From Deltaproteobacteria bacterium (GTDB lineage Bacteria; Desulfobacterota; Binatia; UBA12015), in assembly GCA_016874715.1 (NCBI GenBank), contig VGTK01000010.1, positions 21,418-45,417 of the forward strand: a stretch of DNA of 24,000 bases, in the 5' to 3' direction. Made by a program: the position numbers and the translations under genes. Shown here one piece after another: positions 1-7,622 of this stretch (position 1 is the first letter of the stretch; each line of letters begins with the position of its first letter). The notes under the pieces were generated by a model. It saw nothing but the letters and a program-made list of their open reading frames with translations, made no database searches and was not told the DNA's origin.

Positions 1-569
1 GTGATGATCCGGCCGACGTCGATCTTGTCGAGGCGCGGGCCGTACACGTTGAAGTAGCGCGTGATCGTCACCGGCAGGCCGAGCTTGTGGTACGCGAAGC
101 AGAAGTGCTCGCCGACGGCCTTCGACGTCGAGTAGCACCAGCGGTCGATGCGCGTGGAGCCGAGCACGCGGTCGTCGTCCTCGGACCACGGCAGCTTCGG
201 GTTCCTGCCGTAGACCTCCGAGGTCGAGCTGAACACCACCTTGCGCCCGTACTTGAACGCGACCTTCAACACGTTCTGCGTGCCGTTCACGTTGACGTTG
301 AGCACCTCGTACGGATCGCCGACGTAGTGCTCGACGCCGACCACGGCCGCGAGGTGGTAGACGATCTCGACCTGCGCGACCAGCGAGTCGAGGATGTCGA
401 GCGCCATCACGCTGTCGCGAACCACACGGAACCGCGGGTGGCCCATCAGGTGACGCACCTTGGACGTGCCCCCGGGCTCAAGGATGAACACCTCGTCGCC
501 GCGCTCGAGCAGCGCTTCCGCGAGGTGCGATCCGACGAACCCCCCTCCTCCGGTGATCAGCACCTTCAC
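1..569 (-). CDS. NAD-dependent epimerase/dehydratase, ArnA C-terminal/UDP-glucuronate decarboxylase-like (truncated at window edge)
   Basis: Reverse-strand translation begins MKVLITGGGGFVGSHLAEALLERGDEVFIL (Rossmann GGxGFxGSH) and continues HLAAVVGVEHYVGDPYEVLNVNVNGTQNVLKVAFKYGRKVVFSTSEVYG...YSTSKAFGEHLCFAYH...TRYFNVYGPRLDK. GTG start at 567-569 with a GGAGAG upstream; the frame runs off the left edge. Confidence 0.9.
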   Translation of the reverse strand, partial: MKVLITGGGGFVGSHLAEALLERGDEVFILEPGGTSKVRHLMGHPRFRVVRDSVMALDILDSLVAQVEIVYHLAAVVGVEHYVGDPYEVLNVNVNGTQNVLKVAFKYGRKVVFSSTSEVYGRNPKLPWSEDDDRVLGSTRIDRWCYSTSKAVGEHFCFAYHKLGLPVTITRYFNVYGPRLDKIDVGRII

Positions 570-606
570 GTCGTGTCTCTCCCTGCCTCGCGAGCCGCCC
601 GCGCGT

Positions 607-1752
607 TCAGCCGTTGTTGGTGTCCGTAGCGAACCGGGCGCCGGGCGCGAGTCCGGCCGCCCGGGCCCAGGCCGGGCCGCTCGACGACGCGTCCTCCCGG
701 GCCGGACCACCCGTCGACGTCGCGTCCTCCCGGGCCGGACCACCCGTCGACGTCGCGTCCTCCCGGGCCGGACCACCCGTCGACGTCGCGTCCTCCCGGG
801 CCGGACCACCCGTCGACGTCGCGTCCTCCCGGGCCGGACCACCCGTCGACGTCGCGTCCTCCCGGGCCGGGTCGTGCATCGGCACGCCGTCCGCCCAGGT
901 GACGTTGCGGATCTCGAGCACGCCGTCGCCGGTCGCGACCAGCAGTGCGCCACCGCCCGTCGGGTCCGGCACGATCGTGCCCGGAGCCGCACCCGCAGCC
1001 GCCCCAGGCCACGCTTCGGCCCACCAGATGAGGACCTTGCGCCCGCCGAGCGTCGTGAAGGCGCCCGGCCACGGCTCGGTCACCGCGCGGACCAGGTTGC
1101 GGATCGACTCCGCCGGACGGCACCAGTCGATCCGGCCATCGGCGGGCTTGCGACCGCCGAAGTACGTCGCTGCGCCGTGATCCTGCTCGGTCCGCGGGGC
1201 GGTGCCGTCGACCAGCCGCGGGTAGACGTCGCGCAGCAGGATGCGGGCTTCGGCGGCGAGCCGGCGCGTCAGGCTGAGCGCCGTGTCGTCGCGCGCGATG
1301 GGGATGCGCCGCTGCGCGACGATGGCACCGTGGTCCGGCTTCTCGTCCATCTCGTGCAGCGTGACGCCGGTCTCGGTCTCGCCGTTCACCAGCACCCAGT
1401 TCACCGGCGCGCGTCCGCGATACCGTGGCAGATACGAGCCGTGCAGGTTCAGCGCACCACGGGTCGCCACGGCCAGCACGCGCGGCTTCATCATCAGCCG
1501 GTAGTAGAACGAGAAGAGGAAGTCCGGCCGCACCGCGGCGATCGCCGCGAGCGCGGCGTCGCCGTTGACGTCGTCGGGCGCCACGACCGGCACCCCGGCC
1601 GAGCGCGCGAGCGCCTCCACCGAGCGGAACCAGATCTTCTCGCCCGGGGAGTCGCGGTGCGTGACGACGAGCCCGACGTCCGCTCCGAGGTCGAGAAGCT
1701 CGGCGAGGGCCTCGTGGCCCACCTCGCCGTACGCGCAGACGACGTGCGGCAC
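607..1752 (-). CDS. arnA: ArnA N-terminal-like formyltransferase (UDP-L-Ara4N formyltransferase family) with a repetitive C-terminal tail
   Basis: NLHGSYLPRYRGRAPVNWVLVNGETETGVTLHEMDEKPDHGAIVAQ matches the Asn/His/Asp formyltransferase active-site region. Likely GTG start at 1750-1752 (VPHVVCAYGEVGHEAL). The C-terminus is (PAREDATSTGG)x5 plus a degenerate copy. Confidence 0.87.
   Translation of the reverse strand: MPHVVCAYGEVGHEALAELLDLGADVGLVVTHRDSPGEKIWFRSVEALARSAGVPVVAPDDVNGDAALAAIAAVRPDFLFSFYYRLMMKPRVLAVATRGALNLHGSYLPRYRGRAPVNWVLVNGETETGVTLHEMDEKPDHGAIVAQRRIPIARDDTALSLTRRLAAEARILLRDVYPRLVDGTAPRTEQDHGAATYFGGRKPADGRIDWCRPAESIRNLVRAVTEPWPGAFTTLGGRKVLIWWAEAWPGAAAGAAPGTIVPDPTGGGALLVATGDGVLEIRNVTWADGVPMHDPAREDATSTGGPAREDATSTGGPAREDATSTGGPAREDATSTGGPAREDATSTGGPAREDASSSGPAWARAAGLAPGARFATDTNNG
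691..870. repeat. 33-bp tandem repeat, 5 perfect copies plus a 15-bp partial, in frame inside the formyltransferase gene
   Basis: Unit gtcctcccgggccggaccacccgtcgacgtcgc starts at 691, 724, 757, 790 and 823, with a partial at 856. I read the five full copies as identical. On the minus strand each encodes PAREDATSTGG. Confidence 0.97.
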
Positions 1753-1759
1753 GGAACGC

Positions 1760-2764
1760 TCAGAGCGTCTCGCGCGGCGACGTGTGCGACTGCGAGACGA
1801 CCTCGCGGATCCGGTACACCGGACGCCGCCGCACCTCGGCGTAGATGCGCCCGACGTACTCGCCGACGAGGCCAACGGCGAGCAGCAGCACGCCGACGAA
1901 GGCGAACAGGATCGCGAACAAGGTGAACACGCCCTCGCTCTCCGGTCCGACGATCAGGCGGCGCACCATCAGGAAGCCCGCGAAACCCACGCCGAGGATC
2001 GCGATGAGCACGCCCGTCAGGCTCACCAGCTGGATCGGCAGCAGCGAGAAGCCGGTGATCAGGTCGAAGCCGAGACGCATGAGCTTGAGCGGCGAGTACT
2101 TGGAAGCGCCGCGACCGCGCTCCTCGTGCGCGACCGGGATCTCGATCGGGTCGCGTGCGATCATCATCGCGAGCGCGGGAATGAACGCCGACTGCTCGGC
2201 GAGCTCGATGATCTCGTCGGCGACGTCGCGCGAGTAGCCGCGCAGCATGCAGCCGTAGTCGCTCATGCCGACGCCCATGCTGGCGGCGGTGACCGTGTTC
2301 ACCATCGCCGACACCTGCCTGCGGAGCCACGGGTCCTGGCGGTTCTCGCGGATCGAGCCGACGACGTCGTGTCCGTCGCGGAGCTCCGCGACGATGCGCG
2401 GGATCTCGCTCGGCGGGTTCTGCAGATCGGCGTCGAGCGTGATGACGTAGCGCCCTCGCGCGATCGAGAAGCCGGCGAGCACGGCCGGGTGCTGGCCGAA
2501 GTTGCGCGCGAGCTCGACCACGACGACCTGCGGGTGCGCGGCCGCCAGCTCGTGCAGGATCTCGCTCGACGCGTCGCTCGAGCCGTCGTTCACCAGCACG
2601 ATCTCCCAGCTCTCGCCCTCGAGGGCGCCCGACACCGCGTCGTAGAGGTCGTGCAGCGTCGCTTCCTCGTTGAACACCGGGACGACCACCGAGATCTCGG
2701 GAACGTCGCGCGAGCCGCGCGACAGCGGACGATGGCCCGGCGCGCCGGCGGTGTAAGGACTCAA
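1760..2764 (-). CDS. arnC: Polyprenyl-phosphate glycosyltransferase, ArnC-like GT2 with C-terminal TM helices
   Basis: VPEISVVVPVFNEEATLHDLYDAVSGAL...VLVNDGSSDAS...LARNFGQHPAVLAGFSIARGRYVITLDADLQNPPSEIPRIV, then two hydrophobic segments. Proposed TTG start at 2762-2764 overlaps the stop of the upstream gene. Confidence 0.88.
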   Translation of the reverse strand: MSPYTAGAPGHRPLSRGSRDVPEISVVVPVFNEEATLHDLYDAVSGALEGESWEIVLVNDGSSDASSEILHELAAAHPQVVVVELARNFGQHPAVLAGFSIARGRYVITLDADLQNPPSEIPRIVAELRDGHDVVGSIRENRQDPWLRRQVSAMVNTVTAASMGVGMSDYGCMLRGYSRDVADEIIELAEQSAFIPALAMMIARDPIEIPVAHEERGRGASKYSPLKLMRLGFDLITGFSLLPIQLVSLTGVLIAILGVGFAGFLMVRRLIVGPESEGVFTLFAILFAFVGVLLLAVGLVGEYVGRIYAEVRRRPVYRIREVVSQSHTSPRETL

Positions 2765-3955
2765 GCGGCACCTCCGCCGGCGCGGCGCGCCGCGATCGCG
2801 CCGCCGGCGCGCGTGCGGCGTGCGAGGACGTCGGCGAGCGCGTCGACGACGGTGCTCACGTCGTCGTCGGTCATGTCGGGATAGAGCGGCAGCGACAGGA
2901 TGCGCTCGAAGGCGTCGGTCGCGACCGCGAGCCGCGACGGATCCTCGACCATCGGGCGATAGAGCGTCTGCAGGTGCAGCGGGACGAAGTGCAGACCCGG
3001 CGCGATTCCCCTCTCCTTCAGCTCCGCGATCACCTCGAAGCGGGTCGCGGTGAGCGCCTCGACCTCGAGCCGCACGACCATGAGGTGCCACGCGTTCACG
3101 TGATCGTACGGCGCGCGCTCCAGCGGCCGTACGTGCGGCACCTGCGCGAGCTGCTCGAGGTACTGCTCGGCGAGCCGCGCGCGGCGCGCGTTCAGCGCGT
3201 CCAGGCGCGCCAGCTGGTGCAGGCCCAGCGCCGCCTGCAGGTCGGTGAAGTTGTACTTGAAGCCGGCCTCGACGACGTCGTACGCGCCCGCGCCGCGGCC
3301 GCCGAAGCGGCTCTCCGCGGTCTGGTCGATGCCGTGGAAGCGGAGCCGCGTCGCCCGCGCCGCGATCTCGTCGGAGTCCGTCACGAGGGCGCCGCCCTCA
3401 CCGGTCGTCAGGTTCTTCGCCGGGTGGAAGCTGAACATCGTCGCGTCGCCGAACCTGCCGATCGGCGTGCCGCGGTACGAGGCGCCGAGCGCGTGCGCGG
3501 CGTCCTCGATGAGCTTCAGCCCGTGTTCCTGCGCGACGGCGGCGAGCGCGTCCTCGTCGCACGGCTGGCCCGCGAAGTGGACCGGCAGCAGCGCCCTCGT
3601 CCGTGGCGTGATCGCCGCCTCGATACGCGCGCAGTCGACGTTCAGCGTTCCGGGCTCGACGTCGACGAACACCGGCCGCGCCCCGGCGTGCAGGAGCACG
3701 TTCGCGGTCGATACCCAGGTCATGGGCGTGGTGATCACCTCGTCGCCGGGGCCGATGCCGGCCGCGAGGACGGCGAGGTGCAACGCGGCGGTCCCGGAGC
3801 TGGCCCCCAGGGCGTGCTTCACCCCCAGGAACGCCGCCAGGTCGCGCTCGAAGCGCATCGCACGCGGCCCCGTGGAGAGCCATCCCGAGCGCAGGCAGGC
3901 CTCCGCCTCGGCGACCTCCGCATCACCGATCGACGGCCGCGCGTAGGGAATCATC
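2761..3955 (-). CDS. arnB: DegT/DnrJ/EryC1 PLP aminotransferase, ArnB-like
   Basis: MIPYARPSIGDAEVAEAEACLRSGWLSTGP...VITTPMTWVSTANVLLHAGARPVFVDV...LPVHFAGQPCD...LIEDAAHALGASYRG...FSFHPAKNLTTGEGG...KYNFTDLQAALGLHQL. Resembles ArnB along its length. ATG start at 3953-3955. Confidence 0.92.
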
Positions 3956-4110
3956 TCGGATCCATCCGGTACCAGAGGTCGACGCGGGGCAGCAAACGCC
4001 CGGTCCGGCGTCGCTGCCCGACGCTGGCCTGACCACGCGGCCAAAAAACTCGGTCCGTCGCCTTGACGGGATGACGCGCCGTGTTACGTGGCGTCCCGGA
4101 GGTTTGAACG

Positions 4111-4551
4111 ATGAGCAGCAAGACTGAAACGTCCATCTGGGCGCCCCTGCAGGGCGCCGTCGCGCAGGCGCGCACGCTCGACCGGCGGGCCCGCAAGATC
4201 GCACAGCAGACCGCCGACGAGCTCTACAGCCGCTCGGAGACCCTGTTCACCGAGGCGCAGAAGCGCTCGGCGCGGACCGTGAAGGCGGTGCGCAAGAACG
4301 TCGCGGCCGCGCTCGAGACCATCGATTCGCGCACCAGGCGGCTGTCCGACGTGCCCGACTGGGCATGGCAGCAGCTCGAAGGGGCGCGCAAGCAGCTGAG
4401 CGACGCCGAGATCCAGCTGCGCAAGGGCGTCGAGGTGGTCGCGCGCGGCCTGCACGTTGCGCTCGACAAGGATGTCGACGGCCTGCGCCGCAAGCTGTCA
4501 CACCTCGAGAAGCGGGTGAACGAGCTCTCCGGCGAGAGCAAGGCGGCCTGA
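4111..4551 (+). CDS. Phasin-like coiled/helical protein (polyhydroxyalkanoate granule-associated type)
   Basis: 146 aa, Ala/Lys/Glu-rich helical: PLQGAVAQARTLDRRARKIAQQTADELYSRSETLF...LHVALDKDVDGLRRKLSHLEKRVNEL. Good Shine-Dalgarno (cggagg) upstream of the ATG. Confidence 0.6.
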   Translation: MSSKTETSIWAPLQGAVAQARTLDRRARKIAQQTADELYSRSETLFTEAQKRSARTVKAVRKNVAAALETIDSRTRRLSDVPDWAWQQLEGARKQLSDAEIQLRKGVEVVARGLHVALDKDVDGLRRKLSHLEKRVNELSGESKAA

Positions 4552-4565
4552 GGGCTGCCCGCAGG

Positions 4566-4596
4566 GCGGCGCGGCCCGCGTGGGCGGGCGCGCCGC
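4566..4596. terminator. Possible hairpin between convergent genes (structure only, no T-tract)
   Basis: gcggcgcg(g)cccgc - gtgg - gcgggcgcgccgc: 13 bp stem with a 1-nt bulge and a 4-nt loop, in the convergent 4552-4687 gap. GC-rich DNA makes such stems common. Confidence 0.35.
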
Positions 4597-4687
4597 ATCT
4601 CGGCCCCAGGCCGAGTGACCCGGCGTCCTGGGGACCGGCGACGGGTCAAGGGTCCGGCGCTCCGCGCCGGGCCGGCGAACGCGCCGC

Positions 4688-5008
4688 TCAGGCGGCGGCC
4701 GGGGCCGACGAACCCTTCTTGTCGGCCTTCTTTTCCTTCTTCTCGGGCTTCTCCGACTTGGTCTCGGTCGAGCTGCTGCTCGAGCTCGAGTCGTCGGAGG
4801 ACTTCGACTCCGTCGCACCGGCGTTGCCGTCCTTGCGGCCGTAGTCCGTGATGTACCAGCCCGCGCCCTTCAGATGGAACGCCGGATTGGAGATCAGCTT
4901 GGTCACCTTCGCCTTGCAGGACGGACACTTCTTGAGCGGCTGATCGGTGATCTTCTGCATCTGATCGAAGTCGCCACACTTCGGGCAGTGGTATTCGTAG
5001 ATCGGCAT
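4688..5008 (-). CDS. FmdB-family zinc ribbon protein with Ser/Lys-rich low-complexity tail
   Basis: MPIYEYHCPKCGDFDQMQKITDQPLKKCPSCKAKVTKLIS: two CxxC pairs typical of FmdB ribbons, followed by SSDDSSSSSSSTETKSEKPEKKEKKADKKG. ATG at 5006-5008. Confidence 0.9.
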   Translation of the reverse strand: MPIYEYHCPKCGDFDQMQKITDQPLKKCPSCKAKVTKLISNPAFHLKGAGWYITDYGRKDGNAGATESKSSDDSSSSSSSTETKSEKPEKKEKKADKKGSSAPAAA

Positions 5009-5057
5009 CGTCGAGGACTCCTCCGGACCAGCAGGCCCCGCCGAGGTGTAAGGGCGC

Positions 5058-5393
5058 CTAGTCGAATTGTCCACCCAGGACCGACGGGCCCCCGCCGCCG
5101 ATGCTGGCCGCGAGCTGGTAGAGCGTCTTCACCAGGAAGACCTGCAGGAAGGTGATGGCCAGCAGCACCACGATCGGCGTGAAGTCCACCCCGCCGAAGG
5201 CCAGCGGCAGGACCCGCCGGACCCGGTACATGACGGGCTCCGTGGCAGACCGCAGGAAGCGGACGATCGGGTTGTAGGGGTCCGGGTTGACCCAGGACAG
5301 CACCGCGCTCGCGATGATGATCCACCAGTAGATGTTCAGGACGGCGTTCACGACCATCGCGGTCGCGACGAGGAAGTTGCTCACAACGAACAT
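5058..5393 (-). CDS. YggT-family membrane protein
   Basis: NIYWWIIIASAVLSWVNPDPYNPIVRFLRSATEPVMYRVRRVLP...GGVDFTPIVVLLAITFLQVFL is the characteristic YggT pattern. Located immediately after proC, as is common. Confidence 0.9.
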   Translation of the reverse strand: MFVVSNFLVATAMVVNAVLNIYWWIIIASAVLSWVNPDPYNPIVRFLRSATEPVMYRVRRVLPLAFGGVDFTPIVVLLAITFLQVFLVKTLYQLAASIGGGGPSVLGGQFD

Positions 5394-5488
5394 CGGGGCG
5401 CTCCTCTTCCAGCGAGGGGCGCGAGCCCCTCGACCCGCCGGGCCGACCCCGACGGAATCCCACTCCCGCTCCCGATCCCGGGCGCCGC

Positions 5489-5518
5489 GACCGGGCGGCC
5501 GGCGACCGGACGGCCGGC
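5489..5518. repeat. Two adjacent 15-bp direct repeats (gaccgggcggccggc / gaccggacggccggc)
   Basis: 14 of 15 bases match between adjacent copies, in the intergenic gap between yggT and proC. Confidence 0.6.
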
Positions 5519-5528
5519 CCGCGACATG

Positions 5529-6332
5529 CTAGCCAGCCGACAGCTCCTTCGAGCGCCGGGTCGCCGCCTCGATGGCGGCCCGGACTGCGCGAGCGAAGCC
5601 TCGCGCCTCGAGCGCCTCGAGACCGGCGAGCGTCGTGCCGCCGGGGGAGGTGACCATCGCGCGCAGCTTGTCTGGCGAATCGCCGGAGGTCCGCCACAGG
5701 GTCGCCGCGCCGAACAGAGTCTGCTTGACCAGACGCTCGGCGAGCGCGGGCGCGAGACCGACCGACTTCGCGGCCTCGAGCCAGGCCTCGGCGAACGCGA
5801 ACACGAATCCCGGGCCGCTGCCGCTCACGGCGGTCACCGCGTCGAGCAGCGACTCCTCGGCGACCACCACGGCGTCGCCGACGCTCGTGAAGAGCCCGCG
5901 GACGACCTCGAGGTCGTCCGCGGTCGCAGCACCGCCGCCGACCAGCACGGTGATGCCCTCGCCGACGAGCGCTGGCGTGTTCGGCATCGCGCGCACGAGC
6001 CGGCTCGACGCGCCGAGCTGCCGCGCGAGGCTCTGCAGGGTGAAGCCTGCCGCGACCGAGACGACGATCTGCTCCGCCCGGACGTGCCCCGCGAGCCTGT
6101 CGACGACGGCGCCGAGCACCTGCGGCTTCACGGCCAGCACCAGCACGTCGGCAGCTGCGGCGACCTCGTCGAGCCCCGCCGCCAGTGTGCCGCCGGTCTC
6201 CTTCGCGAAACGCTCGCGCGCTCCGGCGTCCGGATCCGTGGCGACGATGCGGACGTCCGGCTTGCCCGCGGCGATGCCGCCGGCGAGCGCACGCGCCATG
6301 TTGCCGGCGCCGGCGAAGCCGACGCAGGTCAA
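5529..6332 (-). CDS. proC: Pyrroline-5-carboxylate reductase
   Basis: LTCVGFAGAGNMARALAGG...VLAVKPQVL...VVSVAAGFTLQSL...RLVRAMPNTPALVGEGITVL...TAVSGSGPGFVFAFAEAWLEAAKSVGLAPALAERLVKQTLFGAATL...SPGGTTLAGLEALEARGF. Probable TTG start at 6330-6332. Confidence 0.95.
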   Translation of the reverse strand: MTCVGFAGAGNMARALAGGIAAGKPDVRIVATDPDAGARERFAKETGGTLAAGLDEVAAAADVLVLAVKPQVLGAVVDRLAGHVRAEQIVVSVAAGFTLQSLARQLGASSRLVRAMPNTPALVGEGITVLVGGGAATADDLEVVRGLFTSVGDAVVVAEESLLDAVTAVSGSGPGFVFAFAEAWLEAAKSVGLAPALAERLVKQTLFGAATLWRTSGDSPDKLRAMVTSPGGTTLAGLEALEARGFARAVRAAIEAATRRSKELSAG

Positions 6333-7621
6333 CGGCGATCTCCGACCGGCCGCACGCGCGGTCCGAAGATCGCGGTGCCGAGCCGCACCAGCGTTGCGCC
6401 CTCGGCGATCGCCTCCGGGTAATCGTCGCTCATGCCCATCGACAGCTCCGTCAGGCGCTCGTAGCCCATGCCGCGCAGCTCGTCGACCTGCTGCCGCAGC
6501 GCCGCGAAGGTCCCCCGTGTCGCCGCCGCGTCGGCGTCGAGCGGTCCGATCGTCATCAGGCCGCGCGGCTCGAAGCCGGGGACGTCGGCGAGCCGACGCA
6601 CGTGCGCGAGCACGTCGTCGGGCGGAACTCCCGCCTTGCTCGGGTCGCGCGCGACGTTCACCTGCAGGAGGCCTGCGACCGGTCCGGAAGCCCGCTTCGC
6701 CAGCGCCGCGGCGACCTCCACGCGGTCGATCGCGTGGACGAGGTCGAAGGTGCGCACCGCGAGGGCGGCCTTGTTGGTCTGCAGCGGACCGATCAGATGC
6801 CAGCGCGCCGCGTCCGCGTTGCTTAGCGCCGCGACCTCGGCCCGCTTGCGCGCCCCCTCCTGGACGTAGTTCTCGCCGACGTCGGTGGCCCCGGCGGCGA
6901 TCGCCGCGTGCGCCAGCGCGGCGGGGTGGCCCTTCGTCACCGCGACGAGGCGGCACGACTCCGGCGGGCGTCCTGCCGCGACCGTGCGCGCCGCGACCTC
7001 GCCGCGCACCGCGCGCAGCCGGAGCGCCACCGCCTCGGGCGGCAGCGGGGACACCGGCTCGGAGATCCCGAGCCGCCGCGCCGACTCCAGGACGCCCTCG
7101 AGCGGCAACCCGATCACGCCGCTGACCGAACCCCGCACCGAATCGACGAAGCGCGCGGCCCCGCCCTGGATCGCGTAAGCGCCCGCCTTGTCGCGCGGCT
7201 CACCGGTCGCGACGTAGGCCCGGATCTCGCGTTCGCCGATCTTCCGGAAGCGCACCTCGCTGCGCGACAGGTCGTGGACCACCGCCTCGCCGCCGCGCGC
7301 CCAGGCGAAGCCCGTCAAGACCAGGTGCGGCGCCGCGTCGAGCCGCGACAGCATCCGCAACGCGTCCGCGTCGTCCGCGGGCTTGCCGAAGATGTCGTCT
7401 CCCTGCGCGACCACGGTGTCCGAGCCCAGCACCCACGCCTCGGGGTGCGCGCGGCTCAGGCGGATCGCCTTCTCGCGGGCGAGCCGGCGCACGTGGGTCT
7501 CCGGGTCCTCGTCGCCGAGGCGGCGCTCGTCGATCGCCGCGGGCAGGACGTCGAACGGCCACGTCACGCGGGCGAGGATCTCGGCACGCCGCGGCGACGC
7601 GGACGCGAGGATCACGCGCAT
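6329..7621 (-). CDS. Fusion protein: N-terminal Maf-family nucleotide pyrophosphatase, C-terminal YggS/PLPBP-family PLP-binding protein
   Basis: Single 430-aa ORF. N-terminal half: MRVILASASPRRAEIL...VLGSDTVVAQ...GKP...YVATGEPRDKAGAYAIQGGAARFVDSVRGSVSGVIGLPLEGV. C-terminal half: CRLVAVTKGHP...VGENYVQEGARKR...WHLIGPLQTNKA...LLQVNVARDPSKAGV...PRGLMTIGP...LSMGMSDDYPEAIAEGATLVRLGTAIFGPR. No stop between the halves. Confidence 0.93.
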   Translation of the reverse strand: MRVILASASPRRAEILARVTWPFDVLPAAIDERRLGDEDPETHVRRLAREKAIRLSRAHPEAWVLGSDTVVAQGDDIFGKPADDADALRMLSRLDAAPHLVLTGFAWARGGEAVVHDLSRSEVRFRKIGEREIRAYVATGEPRDKAGAYAIQGGAARFVDSVRGSVSGVIGLPLEGVLESARRLGISEPVSPLPPEAVALRLRAVRGEVAARTVAAGRPPESCRLVAVTKGHPAALAHAAIAAGATDVGENYVQEGARKRAEVAALSNADAARWHLIGPLQTNKAALAVRTFDLVHAIDRVEVAAALAKRASGPVAGLLQVNVARDPSKAGVPPDDVLAHVRRLADVPGFEPRGLMTIGPLDADAAATRGTFAALRQQVDELRGMGYERLTELSMGMSDDYPEAIAEGATLVRLGTAIFGPRVRPVGDRR

Positions 7622-7622
7622 C

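Noticed and set aside
691-870. Possible CRISPR-like or regulatory repeat array
   Set aside because: Units are directly abutting with no spacers and lie in frame within a gene, so it is a coding minisatellite.
460-1926. 488-aa plus-strand ORF containing RRVLPGRTTRR repeats
   Set aside because: It is the antisense reading of the formyltransferase and its 33-bp array; the repeat is simply open in several frames.
5414-5431. gaggggc-gcga-gcccctc hairpin upstream of yggT
   Set aside because: Only a 7-bp stem with no T-tract on either strand; expected by chance in DNA this GC-rich and too weak to call a terminator or riboregulator.
5572-7125. 517-aa plus-strand ORF opposite proC and maf-yggS
   Set aside because: Low-complexity Arg/Pro/Ala/Ser sequence typical of shadow ORFs; the opposite strand carries well-conserved enzymes.
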